64,000 nucleotides of DNA from an uncultured Bacteroidales bacterium. GTDB lineage: Bacteria > Bacteroidota > Bacteroidia > Bacteroidales > FEN-979. This document shows positions 55,422 through 64,000 of the stretch, one piece after another; positions within the stretch are counted from its first letter, which is position 1, and every line of letters begins with the position of its first letter. Location of the stretch: contig CAISJJ010000044.1 in the NCBI GenBank assembly GCA_903885595.1, forward strand, positions 4,325 through 68,324. Reading direction: 5' to 3'. The position numbers were made by a program, and so were the translations under genes. The notes under the pieces are model-generated. The model was not told the origin of the DNA and did not search any database. It saw only the letters and a list, made by a program, of their open reading frames with translations.

Positions 55422-56509
55422 ACGTTAAACCGGATGTGGAGGATATCCCCGTCGCCTACAATATAATTTTTTCCTTCAACCATCAGTTTGCCATGTTCCT
55501 TGCAGGCATGCTCGGAGCCAAGCCGCATAAAGTCATCGTATTTCATCACCTCTGCGCGTATAAATCCCCGTTCAAGATCACTGTGAATGACACCGGCAGC
55601 CTGTGGCGCTGTCATGCCCTTTTTTATTGTCCAGGCACGAACTTCTTTAGGACCAGCTGTGAAAAAGCATTGAAGATCAAGAAGATGAAAAGCAACCCGA
55701 ACCAGTCGGTTCACGCCAGGTTCGGCCAGGCCGGCATCAGACAAGAAAAGCTTGCGGTCCTCCTCACTTTCCAGTTCGGCAATTTCCGATTCCATTTTAG
55801 CTGCGATCACCAGCACTTCGGCATCTTCATCTTTCACTGATTCGATGAATCTCTTTGAATAGTCATTCCCATCAATGGCCGATCCGTCGTCGACATTACA
55901 AACGTACATAACCGGTTTATCGCTCAGAAGGAACATATCGTCCATAAACCGGCGTTCATCCGTCGTAACGGGTGCAGTACGTGCCGATTTAAACGACTCA
56001 AGGTGTAATTTAACTTTATTAAGGACTTCAAGCCCGTGTTTTGCATCTTTATCTCCGGTTTTAGCCATCTTTTCCATACGGATTATCTTTTTCTCGACCG
56101 ATTCGAGATCCTTGATCTGTAACTCAAGATCGACGATCTCCTTGTCGCGGACTGCGTTCACCGAGCCTTCGAGGTGGGGCATCTGCGGATCATCAAAACA
56201 ACGGATCACATGGATCAGGGCATCCACATTGCGGATATCGGACAGGAATTTATTTCCCTCGGTCTGGCTTCCTCCCTTCGACAGGCCCGGGATGTCAACC
56301 ATTTCGATGGTGGTTGGCACGACTTTAACCGATTTGATAATCTGGTCGATGGCAAAAAGGCGTGCGTCAGGAACGTTCATCACCCCAAGATTCGACTTGG
56401 TCCCTGCAAAGGCAGCTTTGTGCGTTTCGGCACGGTTGTTTGAAATACAATTGAATAAGGTCGTTTTCCCTGAACTGGACAGACCAATGATTCCACATTT
56501 TAATGGCAT
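55418..56509 (-). CDS. ychF: redox-regulated ATPase YchF
   Basis: GIIGLSSSGKTTLFN P-loop, DIPGL, and C-terminal TGS-like FIRAEV...GKNYIVGDGDILHIRFNV. Confidence 0.95.
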   Translation of the reverse strand: MPLKCGIIGLSSSGKTTLFNCISNNRAETHKAAFAGTKSNLGVMNVPDARLFAIDQIIKSVKVVPTTIEMVDIPGLSKGGSQTEGNKFLSDIRNVDALIHVIRCFDDPQMPHLEGSVNAVRDKEIVDLELQIKDLESVEKKIIRMEKMAKTGDKDAKHGLEVLNKVKLHLESFKSARTAPVTTDERRFMDDMFLLSDKPVMYVCNVDDGSAIDGNDYSKRFIESVKDEDAEVLVIAAKMESEIAELESEEDRKLFLSDAGLAEPGVNRLVRVAFHLLDLQCFFTAGPKEVRAWTIKKGMTAPQAAGVIHSDLERGFIRAEVMKYDDFMRLGSEHACKEHGKLMVEGKNYIVGDGDILHIRFNV

Positions 56510-56528
56510 ACCGGAGGATTTTATTCTG

Positions 56529-56536
56529 CAAAAATA
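56529..56536 (-). promoter_or_regulatory. candidate -7 box TATTTTTG for ychF
   Basis: Exact TAnnTTTG on the minus strand, 19 nt upstream of the ATG. Confidence 0.4.
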
Positions 56537-56549
56537 AAGAAAACTGATC

Positions 56550-56577
56550 GATTTTCGACTTATGAATTGCGATTGTC
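56550..56577. repeat. weak 7-bp periodicity GAnTTnC x 4
   Basis: The sequence is gattttc gacttat gaattgc gattgtc, upstream of ychF. It is degenerate. Confidence 0.35.
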
Positions 56578-56640
56578 CTACTCTCCGACAGGCTGGAGGA
56601 GGAAAAATAAAATTGTAAATCTACAGATCGTAAATTATGT

Positions 56641-56648
56641 TAAATTTG
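56641..56648 (+). promoter_or_regulatory. candidate -7 box TAAATTTG for potA
   Basis: Exact TAnnTTTG, 28 nt upstream of the ATG. Confidence 0.4.
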
Positions 56649-56676
56649 TATATTGCCTTCTCAATAATTCCGGCCT

Positions 56677-57837
56677 ATGCTTGAACTGAAAAATCTTTCA
56701 AAATCCTATGGGCAGGTAAAAGCGGTGCGTGAAGTCAGCCTGCAGATCGCCAAGGGTGAGTTCTTTTGTCTGCTGGGACCCAGTGGATGCGGCAAAACTA
56801 CCATCCTGCGTATGATTGCCGGTTTTGAGAAAGTCACAGCCGGTCACATCCTGCTCGATGGCGCCGATATCACCCATGACCCGCCTAACCGGCGAGATGT
56901 GAACACAGTGTTTCAAAACTACGCGTTATTCCCGAATTTTAATGTCACTGACAACATTGGTTATGGACTGAAAATAAAAAAAATCCCTGTAAAGGAACAG
57001 GCGAATCGTATTGCAGAGGTTATCCGTCTGGTTGGCCTGGAAGGGTTTGAGATGCGGATGCCCGGAAATTTATCGGGAGGTCAGCAACAGCGTGTTGCCC
57101 TGGCGAGGGCATTGATCAACCGGCCCAGGGTACTGCTGCTCGATGAACCATTGAGTGCACTCGATAAAAAGATCGCCGAACAAACCCGTAATGAGCTTTC
57201 TGAACTTCAGAAAAAAGTCGGGATCACCTTCATTTTTGTGACACACAATCAAACTGAGGCGCTGGCCATGGCCGACCGTATTGCCGTGATGAAGGACGGG
57301 GTGATTGAACAATGCGACCATCCCAAGGAGATCTACGAACGTCCGATGACCCATTTTGTGGCTGACTTCATTGGCAGTATGAACTTTTTTGAAGGAACCA
57401 TGACAGGGATAGATAATCAGGGATATAACATCACGATTCCTGAATTGGGTCAGGTCGTTATGTCACAAAAGGAAACAACGCCAGAAACAGACAATCAAAA
57501 ACACACTGAGCCTGTTTCTGAACTGAGTACCGCATTTGAATCGCAAAAAAACACTATGCCCAGCAAATCACCTGTGTTGTTTTGTATCAGACCTGAACGA
57601 ATGAAGATTGGCCTGATGGCGCCCGCAGCTTATGAAAACGGGTTGTCCGGGACCATTCGCCAGAAATACTACCTGGGCGAAATAACAAAATTCACTGTCG
57701 AATTATCCAATAAAAAGTTGATAGCCGTGATTGCCCAGAACTACCTGCTTCAGCTTTCCAACGAGTTTTACGACATTGGCGAGCAGATCTGGGTGACATG
57801 GAGTAAAACATCAGGGGAGGTCATCAATGTCAGGTAA
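56677..57837 (+). CDS. potA: spermidine/putrescine ABC transporter ATP-binding protein
   Basis: Walker A GPSGCGKTT, signature LSGGQQQRVALARAL, Walker B LLLDEP. The C-terminal TOBE-like domain is interrupted by a low-complexity stretch (SQKETTPETDNQKHTEP...). Confidence 0.85.
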   Translation: MLELKNLSKSYGQVKAVREVSLQIAKGEFFCLLGPSGCGKTTILRMIAGFEKVTAGHILLDGADITHDPPNRRDVNTVFQNYALFPNFNVTDNIGYGLKIKKIPVKEQANRIAEVIRLVGLEGFEMRMPGNLSGGQQQRVALARALINRPRVLLLDEPLSALDKKIAEQTRNELSELQKKVGITFIFVTHNQTEALAMADRIAVMKDGVIEQCDHPKEIYERPMTHFVADFIGSMNFFEGTMTGIDNQGYNITIPELGQVVMSQKETTPETDNQKHTEPVSELSTAFESQKNTMPSKSPVLFCIRPERMKIGLMAPAAYENGLSGTIRQKYYLGEITKFTVELSNKKLIAVIAQNYLLQLSNEFYDIGEQIWVTWSKTSGEVINVR

Positions 57838-58687
57838 GATAAAAGAACAATATATCCTGCTGGTGCCGCCTGCTTTCTGGCTGCTGGTTTTTTTTATCGT
57901 CCCGCTCTTCATTGTCATCGGCTACAGTCTTAGTCATACTGGGGCCGATGGGGCCATCAGCTTTAAAATGACCTTTGAACACTATCTCCTTTCGTTCAGG
58001 GGCATGTATGTGGTGATCTTTCTAAAATCATTAATGTATGCCGTAATCACGACACTGCTCACCCTGGCCATTGCTTTTCCCATGGCCTATTATATGGCGT
58101 TTGCCTCTTCAAAGATGAAAATGATCATCATGTTCCTGATCATACTGCCATTCTGGACCAATTTCCTCATCCGGATGTATTCGATCATGACCCTGCTGGG
58201 CGAGTCGGGACTGATCAATTCGGCGCTGCTTTCTGCCGGAATCATCGATGAACCCCTCAGGCTGATGAATAATTCCCTTGGAATGTACATTGGTTTTATT
58301 TACTGGAATCTGCCATTCATGGTGCTTCCAATTTTTTCCTCCCTCGACCGGATGGATGTATCCTTGCTGGAAGCCTCTCTCGATCTGGGTGCCAGCCGAA
58401 GCCAGACCTTCCGGAAGATCACTTTCCCTTACTCGGTTGCAGGGCTGGTTGCCGGGATCGTTTTTACATTTATCCCCACACTCGGGAACTTTGTGATCCC
58501 CGAATTCCTGGGAGGATCGGATAACCTGATGATCGGAAATGTGATCACTGCGCAATATCTCCAGGTTAGGAACTGGCCCTTCGGATCGGCGCTTTCTACC
58601 GTCCTAATGCTCGTTGTGATGATATTCATCTCCCTGTATATCCGGTTCTTCGATCCGACAAAATCAAAATCAATGGTAAGCTTTTAA
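57827..58687 (+). CDS. potB: spermidine/putrescine ABC transporter permease
   Basis: Six TM helices and EAA motif LEASLDLGASRSQTFRKITFP. It overlaps the potA 3' end. Confidence 0.8.
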   Translation: MSGKIKEQYILLVPPAFWLLVFFIVPLFIVIGYSLSHTGADGAISFKMTFEHYLLSFRGMYVVIFLKSLMYAVITTLLTLAIAFPMAYYMAFASSKMKMIIMFLIILPFWTNFLIRMYSIMTLLGESGLINSALLSAGIIDEPLRLMNNSLGMYIGFIYWNLPFMVLPIFSSLDRMDVSLLEASLDLGASRSQTFRKITFPYSVAGLVAGIVFTFIPTLGNFVIPEFLGGSDNLMIGNVITAQYLQVRNWPFGSALSTVLMLVVMIFISLYIRFFDPTKSKSMVSF

Positions 58688-58763
58688 TAAATCTTAACAA
58701 TGGCAGGGAATATTGAAAGATGTTATTATCTGAATAATCAAAAAACCAGGTAATATTTTAACT

Positions 58764-60614
58764 ATGGCTGGAAACCTGGCAAGAGGCAATGACCTGAACA
58801 TCGGACAGGGAACGGGTCTTAAAATCATGACCTGGGCCGGGGTGATATTCCTTTTGTTACCCCTTATCATCCTCATTGTTTTTTCGTTTAACGATTCCCG
58901 CACTGTCACGCACTGGGAGGGGTTTTCGCTGAGATGGTATAAGGCGGTTTTCCTTGATGACAGTCTCTGGCTTTCCGTAAAAAATTCGCTGGTCATCGCC
59001 ATCGTCAGCACCCTGGTCACCACCATCCTGGGAACCATGTGCGCCATGCTGCTTGGGAAATACCGGTTCAAAGGGCGCGAACTATTCCAGAACCTGCTGT
59101 ATGTGCCGGTGATCCTTCCGGAGATCATTTTCGGTGTAGCTATCCTGGCGCTTTTCATGCTGATAAAATTTCCGCTGGGTCTGATCTCTATCATCTGCGC
59201 GCACATTACCTTCAGCTTTCCCTTTGCCACGCTGATCATCCTGGCAAAAGTGATCAATCTTCCTCCGTCGCTGGAGGAGGCAAGCCTCGACCTGGGAGCG
59301 AACCGCTGGCAAACTTTTATCAGGGTAATCCTGCCCAATATTTCGCCTGGTGTTGTCTCCGGAGCGCTGTTTGCCTTCACCCTCAGCATCGATGATTTTA
59401 TCGCCACCTTTTTTACAGCTGGTGTTGGTTCATCCACTTTACCCCTGAAGATTTATTCGCTCATCAAGTTCGGGATCACCCCGTCAATCAATGCGATCTC
59501 CACCATACTCATTGTCTTTACTGTGACAGCGCTGTTCCTGACCGACAGGCTGCAGAAAAGCGAACGGATCGGCCGTACTGTTAAACTGACCATTGGAGGA
59601 GTTTTCCTTGCGATCATCCTCGGCCTTGTCGCAGCACCCTTTTTTACTACCCGCGGGAAAAAGCTGAACCTCTACAATTTTTCAACCTATATAGATGAGA
59701 GCCTGATCGCTGATTTCGAAAAGCAGACCGGGATCGATGTATCCCTCGACTACTACAACGATAATGAAGAATTGCTATCGCGGCTCCAGATGGGGGTTTC
59801 GGGGTATGATCTCATATGGCCGTCGGGTTATATGGTGAAGATCATGCAGAGCCGCGGACTGATCGCACCCATCGATTACCGGAACATCCCGAATTATAAG
59901 TACATTACATCCGCACTGCGAAAGCTGTCGTACGACACTACCGGGAAATATTACATTCCCTATGCTTACGGATTCACAGGCATTGTTTATAACAGCGCCC
60001 TGATCAGGGATTCAGTCGATTCATGGAACGCGCTGTGGGATGAACGGTACCGGGAGAACATCCTCATGCTCGACGACATGCGGGAAGTGTTCTGGGCAGT
60101 GTACAAAATGCTCGGGCAAACCGTGGATGACGATACGGCCAGGCTGCAGAAGGCCCTGGAAATGCTGGTCAGGCAGAAGCCGCTGCTGAAAAAGTATGAA
60201 TCCAATGCAACCCAGGAGATGATGCTGAGCGGGGATGTGTGGATCGCCCAAACCTGGAATGGACTGGCCGCCCGGCTGAATGCCATCGATCCGAAATTCA
60301 AATTCTGCAGGCCCAGGGAAGGTGTTATCTTTTTTGTTGATAACCTTTGCATCCCTTCAGGCGCACCGCATAAAGCAAATGCTGAAAAGTTCATCAACTT
60401 CCTGCTCGATCCGGCCAATTCGGCAACAAATATGACCACCATCCGCTACGCCATGCCCAACGAAAGAGCCCGGTTACTCCTCGAGCCATCCCTGCGCGAC
60501 AATGGGATCATTTTTCCCGATATCTCAGATGTTTCCGAACTGGAGGTCATGCAAGACATGGGACCGTTCAACAAGAAACTGGACAAGGCGTGGACGGAGC
60601 TGAAGGTGAAATAA
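58764..60614 (+). CDS. fused ABC permease (PotC-like) and periplasmic polyamine-binding protein (PotD-like)
   Basis: The N-terminal half has permease helices and EAA motif EEASLDLGANRWQTFIRVILP. An extra TM follows (LTIGGVFLAIILGLVAAPFF). The C-terminal half is PotD-like (YDLIWPSGY, IPYAYGFTGIVYN, WNGLAA, FVDNLCIP). An alternative ATG lies at 58827. Confidence 0.75.
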   Translation: MAGNLARGNDLNIGQGTGLKIMTWAGVIFLLLPLIILIVFSFNDSRTVTHWEGFSLRWYKAVFLDDSLWLSVKNSLVIAIVSTLVTTILGTMCAMLLGKYRFKGRELFQNLLYVPVILPEIIFGVAILALFMLIKFPLGLISIICAHITFSFPFATLIILAKVINLPPSLEEASLDLGANRWQTFIRVILPNISPGVVSGALFAFTLSIDDFIATFFTAGVGSSTLPLKIYSLIKFGITPSINAISTILIVFTVTALFLTDRLQKSERIGRTVKLTIGGVFLAIILGLVAAPFFTTRGKKLNLYNFSTYIDESLIADFEKQTGIDVSLDYYNDNEELLSRLQMGVSGYDLIWPSGYMVKIMQSRGLIAPIDYRNIPNYKYITSALRKLSYDTTGKYYIPYAYGFTGIVYNSALIRDSVDSWNALWDERYRENILMLDDMREVFWAVYKMLGQTVDDDTARLQKALEMLVRQKPLLKKYESNATQEMMLSGDVWIAQTWNGLAARLNAIDPKFKFCRPREGVIFFVDNLCIPSGAPHKANAEKFINFLLDPANSATNMTTIRYAMPNERARLLLEPSLRDNGIIFPDISDVSELEVMQDMGPFNKKLDKAWTELKVK

Positions 60615-60860
60615 TTGACAAGTGACAACCCACGGTCAAACTGTACCTTACCTGATTACCAGTTTTTTATTTCAATGGCGGTGGCTGCCTGGTTTTTCAC
60701 CATGCAGCTTCCCCGCTGCAGGGGGCGTATATCCAGCCCGGCCGTGCCTTGATCCGGGTTTTGACATTCTTGCCATTTTTATGATATGTCCGCTGCGCAT
60801 TTCCGGCGAAGACGGTGACCATGAACCACCCAGTTACAAGGTGTTTTTCATCAGGCAGAA

Positions 60861-61892
60861 CTATTTTCTAATGAATCGCTTCACTTCAATCCGGTCCTGG
60901 GCAGTGGATTTCAGGATATACAACCCCTTTTTGAGCAGCGAAACATCCAGGCGATTCAATCTCCCGGTAATGGGAACCGTGGTAATCAGCTGACCATCGG
61001 GACTGAATAATTCAAGACGGGAACAGGGGTCAGCCCGAAAACTGGTCAGCTCAACAATGAGCCAGTGACCGGCGGGGTTGGGATACAGCTGCATTATATC
61101 ATGAAAACCAGCTGCCTTACCATGATCCACCCCGACATACAGAGAACAATCACACGCATGCCCTCCCAGACTGTCGAAGAAATTCACAGGCAGTGAATCA
61201 TATTCTGTCAATGCATTGAAACTGTGTTGAAAACCGCCTGTTACTGAGTCCCCGTAATGCAGCATTGTAATTTTGTCGATCCCGTGCATGACCGTATGCT
61301 TTCGAATCAGCGTCTTGTCCGATGTTAAATAATTGCCATTGCCCCGCCAGTAAGGTGCCGAATCGGTCCATCCTCCTGCAGGGCTGAAAGTAGTGTCGTG
61401 GTTCAACGGCCGTACCCCGATCTCACCGAAAATATCAATATCCTTCCAGGTGCCATTGATCTGTAATTTCTGAAGGGAAATGGCATCGTCCCCGTTCCAG
61501 AATACCACACTTCCCCCGGGAATGGATCCACCAAAATCATAAGGGGCAAGCCAATCCGCCTTTGCCCGCAGTGAAGGCCATATCATGGTATCCTGCCCCT
61601 GTGGCAGGGTGTCCTGAATGATCACCCAGGTCCTGTCCGGCCCGATCGATCCTGTCAGCGGCAACACATAGGACGGATCCGTGTCGGAAGTCACACTCCC
61701 GTTTGCCCACCTGATCATGCGGTATGAATTGTCAAGGATGAGCGTATCACTGGTAGGGTTGTAAAGCTCAACCGATTTGTTGTTGTATGATCCTTCAACA
61801 TATTCCGAAATGAAGAGGTCGGAACAATCGGTTTGGGAAAAAAGAACGCCGGTCCAGCTGAAAGCAGCGAAGATGATGATTGACTTTTTCAT
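60861..61892 (-). CDS. lamin-tail-domain-like secreted protein with T9SS C-terminal sorting domain
   Basis: Signal peptide present. LTD-like block is LFISEYVEGSYNNKSVELYNPT. The C-terminus LYPNPAGHWLIVEL...GLYILKS...IEVKRFIRK is T9SS-type. Confidence 0.6.
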   Translation of the reverse strand: MKKSIIIFAAFSWTGVLFSQTDCSDLFISEYVEGSYNNKSVELYNPTSDTLILDNSYRMIRWANGSVTSDTDPSYVLPLTGSIGPDRTWVIIQDTLPQGQDTMIWPSLRAKADWLAPYDFGGSIPGGSVVFWNGDDAISLQKLQINGTWKDIDIFGEIGVRPLNHDTTFSPAGGWTDSAPYWRGNGNYLTSDKTLIRKHTVMHGIDKITMLHYGDSVTGGFQHSFNALTEYDSLPVNFFDSLGGHACDCSLYVGVDHGKAAGFHDIMQLYPNPAGHWLIVELTSFRADPCSRLELFSPDGQLITTVPITGRLNRLDVSLLKKGLYILKSTAQDRIEVKRFIRK

Positions 61893-62031
61893 TGCATTAA
61901 CTTAGTCGTCGGGTAAAAAAGATAGATGTAAAAACTGAAAATTAAGGTCATCCTGAGAATTTTAATACAGTCTCTGTTCTTACAGGGATCAAATGTATCA
62001 ATAATGTAAGAGAACTGCAATTTCATCTATC

Positions 62032-62063
62032 CTTGTGTATTACAATAATTTTTTCTACTTTTG
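62032..62063 (+). promoter_or_regulatory. candidate rpsA promoter (-33 cTTG, -7 TACTTTTG)
   Basis: TTG at 62033-62035 and TACTTTTG at 62056-62063 are spaced by 20 nt. This leaves a leader of about 110 nt containing a GGTGC-cttc-GCACC hairpin at 62146-62159. Confidence 0.45.
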
Positions 62064-62178
62064 CACTCCATTTTCCAGGGGGTGGAAATAAGAAACCGTT
62101 CATTATGTAATTCCCCGCCAGTTAACTGTATTGTTAAACCCGGCTGGTGCCTTCGCACCGCCACAAAGCAAGAATTGA

Positions 62179-64000
62179 ATGAATATTGATGAAAAGAATG
62201 ATAATCTTGATCAGCCTGTTGAACCCATCGCTGAAGAGATTGCAGATGCCGTAACCGAAGCCACTGTTGTGGAAGTAGTAGAAACTGTTGCAGAGCCTGT
62301 TGCAGAGGTAGTTGACGAACCCGTTGCAGCGATAATTGCTGAACCTGTTGCAGAGGTTATCGATGAACCTGTTGTTGAACCTGTTGCACAGGTGGTTTCA
62401 GAACCTGTTGCCGAACTTGTTGCCGAAGTTATTGCAGAACCAGTTGTCGTAGCCGTTGCAGAACCTGTTGCTGCTGAGCCTGAAAAAAAGAGCAGAAGAA
62501 CGCATGTAGCTCCTGTTTCATTGGCTGACTTTGACTGGGATGCTATCGGGAAAAAGCATGAAATTTATTCCAACGATGAACGCAGGAAACTTGAAGAAAC
62601 TTACGACCAGACTCTCCGCGCCATCCAGGATCATGAAGTGATCGAAGGTACCGTGGTCACCATGACCAACCGTGAAGTTATTGTGAACATCGGCTTTAAA
62701 AGCGATGGTGTTATTCAAATGAATGAGTTCCGCTACAATCCCGAACTCAAGATTGGGGACAAAGTGGAAGTTTATATTGAAAACCAGGAAGATACCAGCG
62801 GTCAGCTGCTTCTGTCACATAAAAAGGCCCGCATCCTGAAATCGTGGGAGCGCATCAACGATGCTTACGAAAAACAGGAAATTATCAAAGGTTATGTGAA
62901 ATCCCGCACCAAAGGCGGTTTGATTGTCGACATTTTTGGTATCGAAGCGTTCCTCCCTGGATCACAAATCGATGTGAAACCAATCCGCGATTATGATATT
63001 TATGTTGATAAAGTTATGGAATTCAAAGTGGTGAAGATCAATCACGAATACAAGAACGTGGTTGTCTCACACAAAGCCCTGATCGAAGACGAACTCGAAG
63101 CGCAGAAAGCCGAGATCATCAAACGTCTCGAAAAAGGACAGATCCTCGAAGGTACCGTTAAAAATATCACCAGCTATGGCGTATTTGTTGACCTGGGTGG
63201 TGTTGACGGACTTATCCACATCACCGATCTGAGTTGGGGACGTATCAACCATCCTGAAGAAATCGTTAAACTCGATCAGAAAATCAAGGTGGTTATCCTC
63301 GATTTTGATGAAAACAAAAAGCGGATTGCCCTTGGTCTCAAGCAACTTACCCCTCATCCATGGGATTCGCTGAGCCAGGAGTTGAAGATTGGCGACAAAG
63401 TAAAGGGTAAAGTGGTTGTCATTGCTGATTACGGCGCATTCGTTGAGATCACAACCGGCGTTGAAGGGCTGATCCATGTTTCCGAAATGTCATGGTCGCA
63501 GCACCTGCGCACCGCACACGATTTCCTCAAGGTAGGTCAGGAGGTGGAAGCTGTTATCCTCACACTCGACCGCGAAGAGCGCAAGATGTCGATGGGTATC
63601 AAGCAACTGATCCCCGATCCATGGGCCAACATCAAGGAGAAATATCCTCTGAAGTCGAAACACAATGCCACCGTTCGTAACTTTACCAATTTTGGTATTT
63701 TCGTTGAACTGGAAGAGGGCGTTGACGGACTCATTCACATTTCAGACCTGAGCTGGTCGAAAAAGATCAAACATCCTGCCGAATTCACCAAGATCGGTGA
63801 AAATATTGAGGTGATGGTACTTGATGTGGATGTTGACAACCGTCGTCTCAGCCTTGGTCACAAACAACTCGAAGAAAACCCATGGGATGTTTTCGAGAAT
63901 GTATTTGCAGTGGGATCAGTTCACGTTGGAACCATTGTCAGCTTAAGCGACAAAGGCGCCATCGTTGCCCTGCCATACGGCGTAGAAGGTTTTGCACCGC
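62179..64000 (+). CDS. rpsA: 30S ribosomal protein S1 (3' end outside window) with repetitive acidic N-terminal extension
   Basis: Not in the ORF track because it has no stop in the window. Hand translation from ATG 62179 stays open to 64000. It contains DFDWD...VIEGTVV... and successive S1 domains (GYVKSRTKGGLIVD, GTVKNITSYGVFVDLGGVDGLIHI, GKVVVIADYGAFVEI, ATVRNFTNFGIFVELEEGVDGLIHI). Confidence 0.9.
   Translation, partial: MNIDEKNDNLDQPVEPIAEEIADAVTEATVVEVVETVAEPVAEVVDEPVAAIIAEPVAEVIDEPVVEPVAQVVSEPVAELVAEVIAEPVVVAVAEPVAAEPEKKSRRTHVAPVSLADFDWDAIGKKHEIYSNDERRKLEETYDQTLRAIQDHEVIEGTVVTMTNREVIVNIGFKSDGVIQMNEFRYNPELKIGDKVEVYIENQEDTSGQLLLSHKKARILKSWERINDAYEKQEIIKGYVKSRTKGGLIVDIFGIEAFLPGSQIDVKPIRDYDIYVDKVMEFKVVKINHEYKNVVVSHKALIEDELEAQKAEIIKRLEKGQILEGTVKNITSYGVFVDLGGVDGLIHITDLSWGRINHPEEIVKLDQKIKVVILDFDENKKRIALGLKQLTPHPWDSLSQELKIGDKVKGKVVVIADYGAFVEITTGVEGLIHVSEMSWSQHLRTAHDFLKVGQEVEAVILTLDREERKMSMGIKQLIPDPWANIKEKYPLKSKHNATVRNFTNFGIFVELEEGVDGLIHISDLSWSKKIKHPAEFTKIGENIEVMVLDVDVDNRRLSLGHKQLEENPWDVFENVFAVGSVHVGTIVSLSDKGAIVALPYGVEGFAP
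62221..62490 (+). repeat. ~60-bp (20-codon) degenerate in-frame tandem repeat x ~4.5 in the 5' part of rpsA
   Basis: gaacctgttg recurs at 62341, 62401 and 62461, with gaaactgttg at 62281 and gaacccatcg at 62221. Nested EPVAE-type pentapeptide units are present. Confidence 0.8.

Noticed and set aside
55875-56537. 220-aa ORF antisense to ychF
   Set aside because: It is a shadow ORF of a highly conserved gene, with no recognisable motifs. The same reasoning applies to the other antisense track ORFs, for example 24581-25054, 31018-31425 and 44087-44620.
58694-59437. 247-aa ORF antisense to the PotC/PotD fusion gene
   Set aside because: It lies entirely inside a well-supported CDS on the other strand. 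It has a low-complexity Ser/Arg/Met-rich translation with no motifs, typical of a shadow ORF.
60697-60822. 41-codon minus-strand ORF (MVTVFAGNAQRTYHKNGKNVKTRIKARPGWIYAPCSGEAAW) in the 245-nt convergent gap after potC-D
   Set aside because: There is no -7 box and no recognisable motif. It is not in frame with the upstream T9SS protein. It may be a gene fragment but is unsupported. The overlapping plus-strand track ORF 60622-60993 also looks spurious.

Overview
This 64-kb window is densely coding and looks chromosomal, most likely from an anaerobic member of the Bacteroidota. Evidence for that placement: T9SS C-terminal sorting domains, three TonB-dependent receptors, a 287-aa RpoD, recurrent TAnnTTTG -7 boxes, no Shine-Dalgarno sequences, and HydE/MqnA/AmmeMemoRadiSam genes.

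I support about 48 protein genes.
- Housekeeping: htrA-rpoD, gap, pyrG, yidC, mqnA, coaE, yajC, aroK, rlmD, ychF, potA/B/C-D, a DEAD-box helicase, and rpsA running off the right edge.
- An AmmeMemoRadiSam cluster.
- A HmuY-like/TonB-receptor locus.
- Several PAS/hybrid histidine kinases, one of them decayed to a pseudogene.
- A rifampin-phosphotransferase-like PEP-utilising enzyme.

I found no rRNA, tRNA, CRISPR array, integrase or transposase.

Observations worth a second look:
1. The AmmeMemoRadiSam proteins carry export-type N-termini, and the cluster encloses a fused MFS/spermidine-synthase gene.
2. Every TonB-receptor locus is preceded by a small single-TM ORF ending in R-A/G-P-P or PPP, which resembles RAPP-type translation-arrest peptides.
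3. A 13-15 nt palindrome (ACCCTGACAGGGT core) occurs three times. Two copies are inserted in frame inside coding sequences, and each of the three copies is read in a different frame.
4. Short 7-bp and 8-bp tandem arrays are unusually common in intergenic DNA, several of them directly abutting start codons.
5. A conserved element of about 58 nt is present in two intergenic regions.
6. Ribosomal protein S1 has a repetitive acidic N-terminal extension of about 114 aa.

All motif coordinates were counted by hand and may be off by 1-2 nt. Protein family calls rest on recognisable motifs only, not on database searches.
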